From NCBI GenBank assembly GCA_963708025.1, contig CAVPSB010000012.1, positions 1 through 64,000 of the forward strand: a stretch of 64,000 nucleotides of DNA, in the 5' to 3' direction. Below, piece after piece: positions 29,620 through 37,867 of the stretch. Every line of letters starts with the position of its first letter. The stretch's first letter is position 1. Both the position numbers and the translations under genes were made by a program. This DNA is from an uncultured Candidatus Rokubacteria bacterium (GTDB lineage Bacteria > Methylomirabilota > Methylomirabilia > Rokubacteriales > DASRDR01). The notes beneath the pieces are model-generated. The model was not told where the DNA came from. It did no database searches and saw only the letters and a program-made list of their open reading frames with translations.

Positions 29620-31251
29620 TCAGCGCTCGGATCCCCGGGCCTCCTGCTGGCGCAGCTCGACGCGCTTGATCTTGCCGGTCTCGGTGCGGGGGAGCTCGGT
29701 GACGAACTCGATCCGCCGCGGATACTTGTAGGGCGCCAGCTCTGCCTTCACGTATTCCTGCAGCTCTGCCGCCAGCGCCTCGGAGGGCGGCACCCCGGCC
29801 TTGAGCACGACGAAGGCCTTGGCGACGTAGCCCCGCAGCTCGTCGATCGCGGCCACCACTGCCGACTCCGCCACCGCCGGGTGCTCGTCGAGCACGTGCT
29901 CGACCTCGGGCCCCGGGATCTTGTAGCCGCCGGTGACGATCATGTCGTCGGAGCGGCACTGGTAGGTGAAGTAGCCGTCCTCGTCCTGCACGTACACGTC
30001 GCCGGTCACGTTCCAGCCGCCGAAGCGCACGTATTCGGCCTGGCGCTCGGGCTTGCGCCAGTACCGGCAGCCGGTCGGCCCCTTGATGGCGACGAGGCCG
30101 GCGGTCCCGCGCGGCACCTCGTCGCCGCTCTCGTCCACGACGCGGCAGTCGTACCCCGGCACGGGGACCCCGGTCGCGCCCGGCCGGACCTTCCCGGGGA
30201 GCGACGAGATGAAGATGTGGAACAGCTCGGTCGAGCCGATGCCGTCGAGGCACTCCTTGCCGGTGCGCGCAACCCACTCCTGGTAGGTGGCGGCCGGGAG
30301 CGGCTCGGCCGCCGACACGCAGAGGCGCAGGCTCCCCAGGTCGAACCGGTGCTCCAGCTCGGGCGCGCGCAGCATGAGCCGGTACGAGGTCGGGGCGCAG
30401 AAGACGACGGTGACGCGATGGCGCTGGATCGTCTCCAGCATCCCTTCCGGCTCGAAGGGGCCCGAGAGGACGGTGGAGGCGCCGAACCGGAGCGGGTAGA
30501 CGAGGAGACCGCCGGTGCCGAAGGTGAAGGCGAGGGTCGGGTGGCCACCGAAGCGGTCCTCCTCCGACGGCGTCAGGACGTGGCGAGCGTAGGAGTCCGC
30601 CGACGCGAGGATGTCCACGTGCTGGTGGACGCATCCCTTGGGGACGCCGGTGGAGCCCGAGGTGTAGGCGATCATGGCGACGTCGCGGGCCAGCGTGTCG
30701 GCGGCCTGGAGGCGCGCCGACTGCCCGTCCATCAGGCCGGCCCAGGCGACGTCGCCCGGGCGGGTCTCGCCGACGACGATCAGCCGCCGGAGCTCGGGCG
30801 CCTGGGCCCGGGCCTTCTCCAGCTCCTCCCGGAGACCGCCCCACACCACGGCGGTCTCCGTCCCGGCGTCGCTGGCGATGTAGGCCAGCTCGCGCGCGCG
30901 CAGCATCGGCATCGTCGAGACGGTGATCGCGCCGAGCTTCTGGCAGGCCAGCCAGGTGACGACGAACTCGGGGCAGTTCGGCAGCCGCATCAGGACCCGG
31001 TGGCCGCGGTCGACGCCGGCCGCGCGGAGGCCGTTGGCCAGCCGGTTCACGCGCTTCTGCAGCTCGCCGTAGGTGAGCACCTGGTCCTGGAAGTGGATCG
31101 CCGGCCGGCCGGCCCGGCCGCCGTCGGCGTGGGCGTCCAGCAGCTCCCGGGCGACGTTCAGCCGGACGGGGTAGCGGTGCTCGGCGAGGGTGTAGACCCG
31201 CTCCGGCCAGAGGTGCCGGGGCGGCAGTCCTTCCTCGAGCGCGACAGGCAT
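29620..31251 (-). CDS. Aryl-CoA ligase (2-aminobenzoate/benzoate-CoA ligase family)
   Basis: YTSGSTGVPKG, LAFTFGTGG, DGIGSTELFHIFIS, KGPTGCRY and PRTETGK. Confidence 0.9.
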   Translation of the reverse strand: MPVALEEGLPPRHLWPERVYTLAEHRYPVRLNVARELLDAHADGGRAGRPAIHFQDQVLTYGELQKRVNRLANGLRAAGVDRGHRVLMRLPNCPEFVVTWLACQKLGAITVSTMPMLRARELAYIASDAGTETAVVWGGLREELEKARAQAPELRRLIVVGETRPGDVAWAGLMDGQSARLQAADTLARDVAMIAYTSGSTGVPKGCVHQHVDILASADSYARHVLTPSEEDRFGGHPTLAFTFGTGGLLVYPLRFGASTVLSGPFEPEGMLETIQRHRVTVVFCAPTSYRLMLRAPELEHRFDLGSLRLCVSAAEPLPAATYQEWVARTGKECLDGIGSTELFHIFISSLPGKVRPGATGVPVPGYDCRVVDESGDEVPRGTAGLVAIKGPTGCRYWRKPERQAEYVRFGGWNVTGDVYVQDEDGYFTYQCRSDDMIVTGGYKIPGPEVEHVLDEHPAVAESAVVAAIDELRGYVAKAFVVLKAGVPPSEALAAELQEYVKAELAPYKYPRRIEFVTELPRTETGKIKRVELRQQEARGSER

Positions 31252-31367
31252 CGGGCCCTCCACAAAGTGGTCGCGACCGGCGATCCCGGCTTCATGGTAG
31301 CGGACTCGGCGGGGAGGGACAACGAAGACATGCCCCTTCTGGCTGATTCACAAGAACCGAACTCAGG

Positions 31368-31637
31368 GTGGAGGAGGAGGCGCTGCTCCGCCACCTCCAC
31401 GTCCAGGCCCCCGACGGCCGGCTCTACGTCGGCGCGGCGGCCGTGGCCGCGCTGGCGCGGCTCTTCGGGCCGACGGCCCCGCTGGGCTGGCTCGCCGAGC
31501 GCCCCGGCCTCGCCGCGCTGGCGGGGCGCGGCTACGACTGGATCGCCCGTCACCGCTACGGTCTGAGCCGCTGCCGGGGCGGCGCGTGCGGGCCGACCGG
31601 CTTGCCGACGGTGTACGAGGTCCGCTGGCGCGCCTGA
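31368..31637 (+). pseudogene. C-terminal part of a DCC1/DUF393 thiol-disulfide oxidoreductase-like protein
   Basis: LHVQAPDGRLYVGAAA...YDWIARHRY...CRGGAC; the N-terminal YDGxCxxC motif is absent. Confidence 0.65.
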
Positions 31638-31746
31638 TCCGGCCCGCCCCGGCCCGGATCGGTGACCTCGCCGCTTGACCGGCGGCGGCGGGCGGAGGTA
31701 GCGTCTCGGCTGGACCCTGTCTTCACCCTTTGCCTGCGAGGTGACC

Positions 31747-32586
31747 ATGCACGTCGGCGCCTTCATGTTCCCGACTGAGTACGCCATCCGGGTCGACGAG
31801 CTGGCCCGGGCCCTCGAGGAGCGGGGCTTCGAGTCCCTCTTCGTCCCCGAGCACACCCACATCCCGGTCAGCCGGCGGACGCCGTTTCCGGGAGGCGAGC
31901 CGCTGCCCCGGGAGTACTCCCACACCCTGGATCCGTTCGTCGCGCTGACCGCGGCGGCGGCCGCGACCTCGCGGCTCCGGGTGGGGACCGGCATCTGCCT
32001 GCTCATCCAGCGGGACCCGATCGTCACCGCCAAGGTGGTGGCGAGCCTCGACCTCCTCTCCGGGGGGCGCTTCCTCTTCGGGGTCGGCGCCGGCTGGAAC
32101 GCCGACGAGATGGAGAACCACGGCACGGCGTTCAAGACCCGCTTCCGCCTCATGCGGGAGCGGATCCTCGCGATGAAGGAGATCTGGACCAAGGACGAGG
32201 CGGTCTTCCACGGCGAGTTCGTCCGTTTCGACCCGATCTGGTCGTATCCGAAGCCTCACCAAAAGCCGCACCCGCCGGTGCTGCTGGCCGGGGAGAGCGG
32301 CCACACGCTCGAGCGTGTGGTGGAGTTCGGCGACGGCTGGTTTCCGCGCGGGCGGGCCGGCGAGGCGGCCATCCTGGCCGGGCTGGCCGACCTCCGGGCC
32401 CGGGCCGCCAAGGTCGGGCGGGACATGGCGACGATCAGCGTCTCCGTCTTCGGCGCCCGGCCCGAGCCGGCTACGCTCGAGAGCTTCAGGGGAGCCGGGG
32501 TGACCCGGGCCATCCTCCGGCTGCCGTCCGAGGGCCGGGACAGCGTCCTGCCGCTCCTCGATCAATACGCGAAGCTCCTTCACTGA
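31747..32586 (+). CDS. LLM-class F420-dependent oxidoreductase
   Basis: GFESLFVPEHTHIP, DPFVAL, LSGGRFLFGVGAGWN and YPKPHQKPHPP. Confidence 0.9.
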   Translation: MHVGAFMFPTEYAIRVDELARALEERGFESLFVPEHTHIPVSRRTPFPGGEPLPREYSHTLDPFVALTAAAAATSRLRVGTGICLLIQRDPIVTAKVVASLDLLSGGRFLFGVGAGWNADEMENHGTAFKTRFRLMRERILAMKEIWTKDEAVFHGEFVRFDPIWSYPKPHQKPHPPVLLAGESGHTLERVVEFGDGWFPRGRAGEAAILAGLADLRARAAKVGRDMATISVSVFGARPEPATLESFRGAGVTRAILRLPSEGRDSVLPLLDQYAKLLH

Positions 32587-32737
32587 CGCCATTGAAAGGA
32601 ACCGGTCGCTCCACCTTGGGGGGGCGGGAGGTCCCGAGTCGAGTCCGGCCGCGGTCGGGCAGATTTCGGCGAACCGTTAGGTGACAGCTAACGCGTCCTC
32701 GGATGCCGCGCGAGAGGTGCCGCAAGACTGACTCTCC

Positions 32738-32846
32738 CCACCCGCTCCCTGGAAGGGAGCGGGTGGAGGAATTCGGGTCCTCCGCCCCCCCCTCCCCCCG
32801 GTGGGTGGGGGAGGGGGGTTGGGGGGGTGGGCGGGAGGTCCCGAAC
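32738..32846 (+). repeat. 12-bp hairpin followed by a copy of the C/G-rich palindromic element
   Basis: CCACCCGCTCCC/GGGAGCGGGTGG stem; element at 32775-32846 ending GGGAGGTCCCGAAC. Confidence 0.82.
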
Positions 32847-32886
32847 TGATGTCTCAGGACCCCTCCCGGCTCTCGGTGTCCGAGGG

Positions 32887-33492
32887 CTACTCCAGGCCGC
32901 GCTCCAGTCGTGATTCGCGGAGGAGGTTCAGGAACGTCTCGCGGAGCGGTGGGGCGAGATGGTCGGCGAACGCGTCGGTGAGCCCATTGGCCCGGATGAG
33001 GCTCTGGACGTCGGCCAGGTCGCGCATCCGGTGGCCCCAGACGCCGCTGGCAATCTTGAACCCGACGAGCGCCTCCAGGGTGGGCAGGCGGAGTCCTTCG
33101 AGGTCCACGAAGGCGGCGGAGTCGGGCGACGGGTACTCGACGGGGCTCTCCGGCGAACCGGCGTGCTCGCCCGCCGTGACGATGTCAATGTCCACTTGGT
33201 GCTCGGTTTCGCGAAGACTCTTGCGAAGTCCGGGCGCGCGGGTGACTAGCCCCCGACCGACGAGGCTGGCGTGGATCCGATCGAGGCCATCCCGCGTCGT
33301 GAGTATGTCGATGTCCTCCGTCAGGCGGACATAGCCGTAGTACCTGAGCGCCAGGGCGCCGATCAGGGCAAACGGGATGCCCTCGTCCGCCAGACGTCGG
33401 CGCAGCGACTCGAGGACGGCGGCGATGTCGCGAGCATGCACCTGGTCCCTCCGGAGCTGGTCGATGAGTGGACCCCGGACAGCGCGTGCCAC
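32887..33492 (-). CDS. Nucleotidyltransferase-fold protein (AbiEii/MenT-like, standalone)
   Basis: IGALAL...RLTEDIDIL and later K..SG...RDLADV. Confidence 0.7.
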   Translation of the reverse strand: MARAVRGPLIDQLRRDQVHARDIAAVLESLRRRLADEGIPFALIGALALRYYGYVRLTEDIDILTTRDGLDRIHASLVGRGLVTRAPGLRKSLRETEHQVDIDIVTAGEHAGSPESPVEYPSPDSAAFVDLEGLRLPTLEALVGFKIASGVWGHRMRDLADVQSLIRANGLTDAFADHLAPPLRETFLNLLRESRLERGLE

Positions 33493-33537
33493 GCCCCGAT
33501 TGTAGCCTTGCCGGGCCGTGCCGTGACAAGATCCGGG

Positions 33538-34647
33538 CTACGGGGCGAGGAGGTCGTCCACCAGGGCGACGAGCGCCGCCCCGTCGCGCGCGCGCTCGGA
33601 CAGGAGTCCCCACCAGGGCCGCGGGCCCGTGTGGTGGAAGCTGTGCAGGATGGCCAGGCGCGCGCGGCCACCGGCCGCCTCGGCCAGCCGCAGGCTCTCG
33701 GTAAAGGGGATGGAGTCGTCGGCGGCGCCATGGGCGATCAGGAAACGCCCCGGCAGTCGAGGCACGGCAGGCAGGGGAGAGAGGCGGACGAGCGCCTCGC
33801 GAGCCGATGCGGGGAGCTGGGCCAGGAGGGGCGCCACGTCCTCCTCGCGACGGTTGACGGCGACCGCCAGCACGGCGCGCCCGCCGGGGCCGAGCTCGGC
33901 CTCGAGCGCGCCGGCCTCCGCGGTGGGATTCGCGAGCTTCCGCTCGGCGATCTCGCCGAGCAGGGCGCGGTCCCGCTCCTCGTCGGCGAAGGCGGCCAGG
34001 AGGGCGAGCAGCTTCCAGCGGTTGTACTCCTCCTGCCGGGCCGTGTAGCGGTGCCCGCCGAACCGATGGACGCCAGTCGTCACGTAGTCGATGACGTGCC
34101 GGAGATCGGCGTAGCCGCCGAAGCTGCCGGCCAGCCGGAGGCCCGGCTGCCGCGCCGCCGCCAGCAGGGCGGGTCCGGCCCCGAAGCTGAACCCGGCGAT
34201 GCCGGTCCGGTCGCCAGCGCCGCGCAGGTGGCGGAGGGCGGCCTCGATCTCCTCGACCTCGCGGCCGCCGAGCCGGAAGGCCGCCAGGCCGTCGAACTGG
34301 GGAACGAGGACGAGCTGGCCGTGCCGGCTCAGGAGCCGGGCGAGTCGCACCAGCTCGGGGTGGCGCCGGCCGGCCCGGGAGAGCCCGTGGACCAGCAGCA
34401 GGGCGCCTCGCGGCGCGGCCGGCCGGTAGAGGTCCGCGAGCAGGCGGCCGCCGTCGGCGGGGATCGTCACCTCGTCGCGGATCGGTGCCGGCGACAGGCC
34501 GTCGAGCCAGGCGTCGAGGGACGGGGCGGCCAGCGCGAGCGTCAGGCCGAGCGCGGCGCCGAAGCGCAGGGTGACGCCGAGCAGCGCGAGGACGATGGCG
34601 ATCGCGGCGCCCATCAGGTAGGCTCGCCCCGGTCGGGTGATACGCAT
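33538..34647 (-). CDS. Alpha/beta hydrolase with an N-terminal membrane anchor
   Basis: LLVHG, GFSFG nucleophile elbow, HGAADDSIP and a C-terminal His. Confidence 0.75.
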   Translation of the reverse strand: MRITRPGRAYLMGAAIAIVLALLGVTLRFGAALGLTLALAAPSLDAWLDGLSPAPIRDEVTIPADGGRLLADLYRPAAPRGALLLVHGLSRAGRRHPELVRLARLLSRHGQLVLVPQFDGLAAFRLGGREVEEIEAALRHLRGAGDRTGIAGFSFGAGPALLAAARQPGLRLAGSFGGYADLRHVIDYVTTGVHRFGGHRYTARQEEYNRWKLLALLAAFADEERDRALLGEIAERKLANPTAEAGALEAELGPGGRAVLAVAVNRREEDVAPLLAQLPASAREALVRLSPLPAVPRLPGRFLIAHGAADDSIPFTESLRLAEAAGGRARLAILHSFHHTGPRPWWGLLSERARDGAALVALVDDLLAP

Positions 34648-34706
34648 CAGGGCTGCCGGACAGGCGCCGGGTCGCGGGAACGGGGTCCGGCGCCAAGGAG
34701 GGGAGC

Positions 34707-35468
34707 ATGAGCACGCGAGCAGGGGTGGCGATCGTCACCGGCGCCTCGCGGGGGATCGGCCGGGCGATCGCCCGGGCGGTCGCGGCCGCCGGCTACGACG
34801 TCGCGGTGAACTACCGGGACCGCGAGCGCGATGCCCGGACGGTGGTCGAGGAGATCACGCGGGCCGGAGGACGGGCGCGAGCCTTCCAGGCAGACGTGGG
34901 CGAGCGGCAGGCCGGCCAGGCGCTGGTGCGGGAGGCGCTCGACGCCTTCGGGCAGGTCGACGTGCTGGTGAACAACGCGGGCGTCCACCTGCCGGGGGTC
35001 GGGCTGGCCGACGTCGCGGCGGAGGACTGGGAGCGCATCGTCCGGGTGAACCTGTCCGCGCCCTTCTACCTGATCCAGGCGGTGCTCCCCCACATGCGGG
35101 CGCGCCGATCCGGACACATCGTGAACCTCTCGTCCAACGTGACCCAACGCTTCCCGGCCACCTACGGGCCCTACACGGTGTCGAAGAGCGGGCTGGAGGC
35201 CCTGACCCGCATCCTCGCCAAGGAGGAGGGGCGCCACGGGGTCCGGGTCAACGCGGTCGCGCCCGGGCCGATCGACACCGACATGATGGCCGAATCGCTG
35301 GCCGCCATGGGACCGGAGCGGGCCGCGGCGTTCATCGCGTCGGTGCCGCTCGGCCGCGCCGGCCGCCCCGACGAGATCGCCGCGGTGGTCCGGTTCCTGG
35401 TCTCGGAGGCGGCCAGCTACCTCACCGGCCAGGTGGTGTACGTCAACGGGGGCGGCCCCGGGGGGTAG
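34707..35468 (+). CDS. SDR family oxidoreductase
   Basis: TGASRGIG, NNAG and YTVSK. Confidence 0.93.
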   Translation: MSTRAGVAIVTGASRGIGRAIARAVAAAGYDVAVNYRDRERDARTVVEEITRAGGRARAFQADVGERQAGQALVREALDAFGQVDVLVNNAGVHLPGVGLADVAAEDWERIVRVNLSAPFYLIQAVLPHMRARRSGHIVNLSSNVTQRFPATYGPYTVSKSGLEALTRILAKEEGRHGVRVNAVAPGPIDTDMMAESLAAMGPERAAAFIASVPLGRAGRPDEIAAVVRFLVSEAASYLTGQVVYVNGGGPGG

Positions 35469-35690
35469 GCGGGTTCCCATCCAGGACGTGCGAATTTGTT
35501 GACAGCGCCGGCGCCGAAGGCGTAACGATATGGAGGCCTTGGGGCCGAGCCAGGCGGCCGCGATGCGCGGTCGGCCCGAGGCCCGGGGGCATCACGACCG
35601 ACACGAAGGCGCCGAGGCGCCCGGCCGAAGCGATCCGGAAGGTCCGGGCGGCGGTCGGTCGGAGCGCGAACCGGACACGCCGGAAAGGCG

Positions 35691-35957
35691 GTGGGATTGC
35701 TCCTCATCCTCCTGGCGGTCTTGACCCTCGGATTCCTCACATCGCTCGTGCCCTTCATGTACCCGGACACGATCCTGAACGTCCTCGGCGTCGTCCTCAA
35801 CGGCATGCTTGCCCAGTTGATCTCCGAGTGGGTGCCGGCCGCGAACGGGCTCATGGTCTCCTCAACCCAGGGCGGGCCCGCGCTCACCCTGACCGGGGTG
35901 TTCGCGATTTACGGCCTCCCGCTCATGCTGGTGCTGGTCGCCCTGCGCAACCGGTAG
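35691..35957 (+). CDS. Small hypothetical membrane protein
   Basis: 88-aa hydrophobic ORF with coding-like codon bias; TTGACA about 190 nt upstream. Confidence 0.65.
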   Translation: MGLLLILLAVLTLGFLTSLVPFMYPDTILNVLGVVLNGMLAQLISEWVPAANGLMVSSTQGGPALTLTGVFAIYGLPLMLVLVALRNR

Positions 35958-36027
35958 GCGCCCGGTCACCCGCGGGTTCGCCCGCGGCTGACACGGCCAG
36001 CGGCCGGCCCCCGTCTCGCGAACGACG

Positions 36028-36492
36028 TCAGCCGCCGGCGCCGGCCGACGACGGCTGATAGAGCTCCACGGTGAACCCGTCGGGATCGCGCAGATAGACC
36101 CCGTACGCTCCCTGGTGGACGCCGGCGGTGATCTTCACCGGCTCGTCGGAGATCAGCCGGACGCCCCGCCGGCGCAGCTCCGCGCAGGCCTCCTGGATGT
36201 CGGAGACCTTGAAGCACACGTGGCCGTTGCCCGGCCGGTTGGTTTCCCGCTCGGTCGGCGGGGCCGGGTGCGTGACGTACTGGAGCAGCTCCAGCAGCGC
36301 GCCCCCGTCCGGGGTCTTCAGCAGCGCGATCTCGAGCCGGACCCCCGGGAAGCCGGTGATCCGGGAGAGATACTCGGCCGTCCCCTGCTGGCGCACGTAC
36401 AGCGTCATCCCGAGAAGGTCCCGGTAGAACTCGATGGATCGCTCGATGTCGGTGACCGTGAACCCCACGTGGTACAGGCTCTCGACCTTCAT
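36028..36492 (-). CDS. VOC/glyoxalase family protein
   Basis: HVGFTVTDIERSIEFY, LELLQY, HVCFKV and YLRDPDGFTVEL. Confidence 0.9.
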   Translation of the reverse strand: MKVESLYHVGFTVTDIERSIEFYRDLLGMTLYVRQQGTAEYLSRITGFPGVRLEIALLKTPDGGALLELLQYVTHPAPPTERETNRPGNGHVCFKVSDIQEACAELRRRGVRLISDEPVKITAGVHQGAYGVYLRDPDGFTVELYQPSSAGAGG

Positions 36493-37007
36493 CGCCCCGT
36501 CGTCTCCTCTCCGACCACCGCGATCCCATCGATCTCGATGAGCGCGTCGTCGTCCCAGAGGGCCCGGACCTCGACCAGCGTCGTCGCGGGGTAGTGCCCG
36601 CCGAGCATCTCCCGGTAGACCTGGCCGATCGGCTTGGCTTTCGCCCGGTAGTCCGCCTTGTCGCGCACGTAGAAGGTCACCTTCACCAAGTCCCGGAGCG
36701 TGCCGCCCCGGGCCTGGATGACCGCGCCCACGTTGGCCAGCGCCTGGCGGAACTGACCGACCAGGTCGCCCCGGGCCACGATCCGGCCCTCGGCATCGAG
36801 CGCCGTCTGGCCGGCCAGGAACAGGATGCCCCGCGCCTCGATTCCGTGCGAGAACCCCGACGGCCGGGCGAGCTTCGCCGGATTGACTATTTGAAACCTC
36901 CCATGATCGCGACCTCCCTCCCACCCCCCAACCCCCCTCCCCCACCCACCGGGGGGGAGGGGGGGCCGGACAAGGACCGGACGAACCGATTCCGTGCTGT
37001 CGGTCAT
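36489..37007 (-). CDS. RidA/YjgF family protein with a repeat-derived N-terminal extension
   Basis: PSGFSHG, FLAGQ, HYPATTLVEV and IEIDGIAV; ATGA overlap with the upstream hydratase gene. Confidence 0.85.
   Translation of the reverse strand: MTDSTESVRPVLVRPPLPPGGWGRGVGGWEGGRDHGRFQIVNPAKLARPSGFSHGIEARGILFLAGQTALDAEGRIVARGDLVGQFRQALANVGAVIQARGGTLRDLVKVTFYVRDKADYRAKAKPIGQVYREMLGGHYPATTLVEVRALWDDDALIEIDGIAVVGEETTGR
36909..36970 (-). repeat. Copy of the C/G-rich palindromic element inside the RidA reading frame
   Basis: Translates as RPPLPPGGWGRGVGGWEGG. Confidence 0.8.
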
Positions 37008-37801
37008 CGGCCGGTGAAGCGGGGCGGCCGCTTCTCGGTGAAGGCCCGGTAGAACTCCTTGTGGTCCTCGGCCATCAGGAGGAGAGCCTGGGCCTGCGCC
37101 TCCGCCTCGATGGCTGCGACGAGGTCCATGCCCCACTCGTTGTTCAGCATGCGCTTCGTCGTGCCGAGCGCCTGGGTCGGCCCGTCCGCCAGCCGCCGCG
37201 CGAGGGTCCCGGCTTCTCCGGCCAGCCGCTCGGCCGGCACCACCCGGTAGGCCAAGCCGTAGCGCTCGGCGGTCGCCGCGTCGATGGTGTCCCCGAGCAT
37301 CAGCAGCTCGGTCGCCCGGCCGAAGCCGACCACCTTCGGGAGCAGGAAGGCCGCGCCCATGTCGGCGCCCGTGAGCCCGACCTTCGTGAAGAGGAAGGCG
37401 AACCGGGCGGAATCGGCCATGAGGCGGAAGTCCGAGGCCAGGGCCAGCACCGCGCCGGCCCCGGCGGCGATGCCGTTGATCGCGGCGATCACCGGCTTCT
37501 CCAGAAGGCGCAGGTTCCGCACCACGGCGCCGGTCATGCGGGTGAACTCGAGCATCCCCTTGACGTCGCGCTTCTGCAGCTCCCCGATGATCGCGTGCAC
37601 GTCGCCGCCCGAGCAGAAGCCCTTGCCGGTGCCGGTCAGCACGAGGACCCGGACCGCCGGGTCGGTCTGGCAGGCCCACGCCAGCCGCTCCAGCTCCGCG
37701 TAGACCTCGAAGGTGAGCGAGTTCAGTGTGTCCGGACGCGCGAAGGTGACCGTCGCCACCCCGTCCTCCACCCGGTAGTCGAACGTGCGGTACCCGCTCA
37801 C
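37004..37801 (-). CDS. Enoyl-CoA hydratase family protein (aminobenzoate-cluster type)
   Basis: NSLTFEVY, FCSGGDV and FTKVGLTGADMGA. Confidence 0.92.
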   Translation of the reverse strand: MSGYRTFDYRVEDGVATVTFARPDTLNSLTFEVYAELERLAWACQTDPAVRVLVLTGTGKGFCSGGDVHAIIGELQKRDVKGMLEFTRMTGAVVRNLRLLEKPVIAAINGIAAGAGAVLALASDFRLMADSARFAFLFTKVGLTGADMGAAFLLPKVVGFGRATELLMLGDTIDAATAERYGLAYRVVPAERLAGEAGTLARRLADGPTQALGTTKRMLNNEWGMDLVAAIEAEAQAQALLLMAEDHKEFYRAFTEKRPPRFTGR

Positions 37802-37867
37802 CGGCTCGGCTCTACCTGGTACACACGCTGTCCGGCATGCTGACCATGGTGCCCGGCCCGGGCTCGC

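Noticed and set aside
35625-35650. TCCGGAAGG resembling the SRP RNA helix 8 loop
   Set aside because: Lacks the flanking CAGG and AGCAG conserved elements
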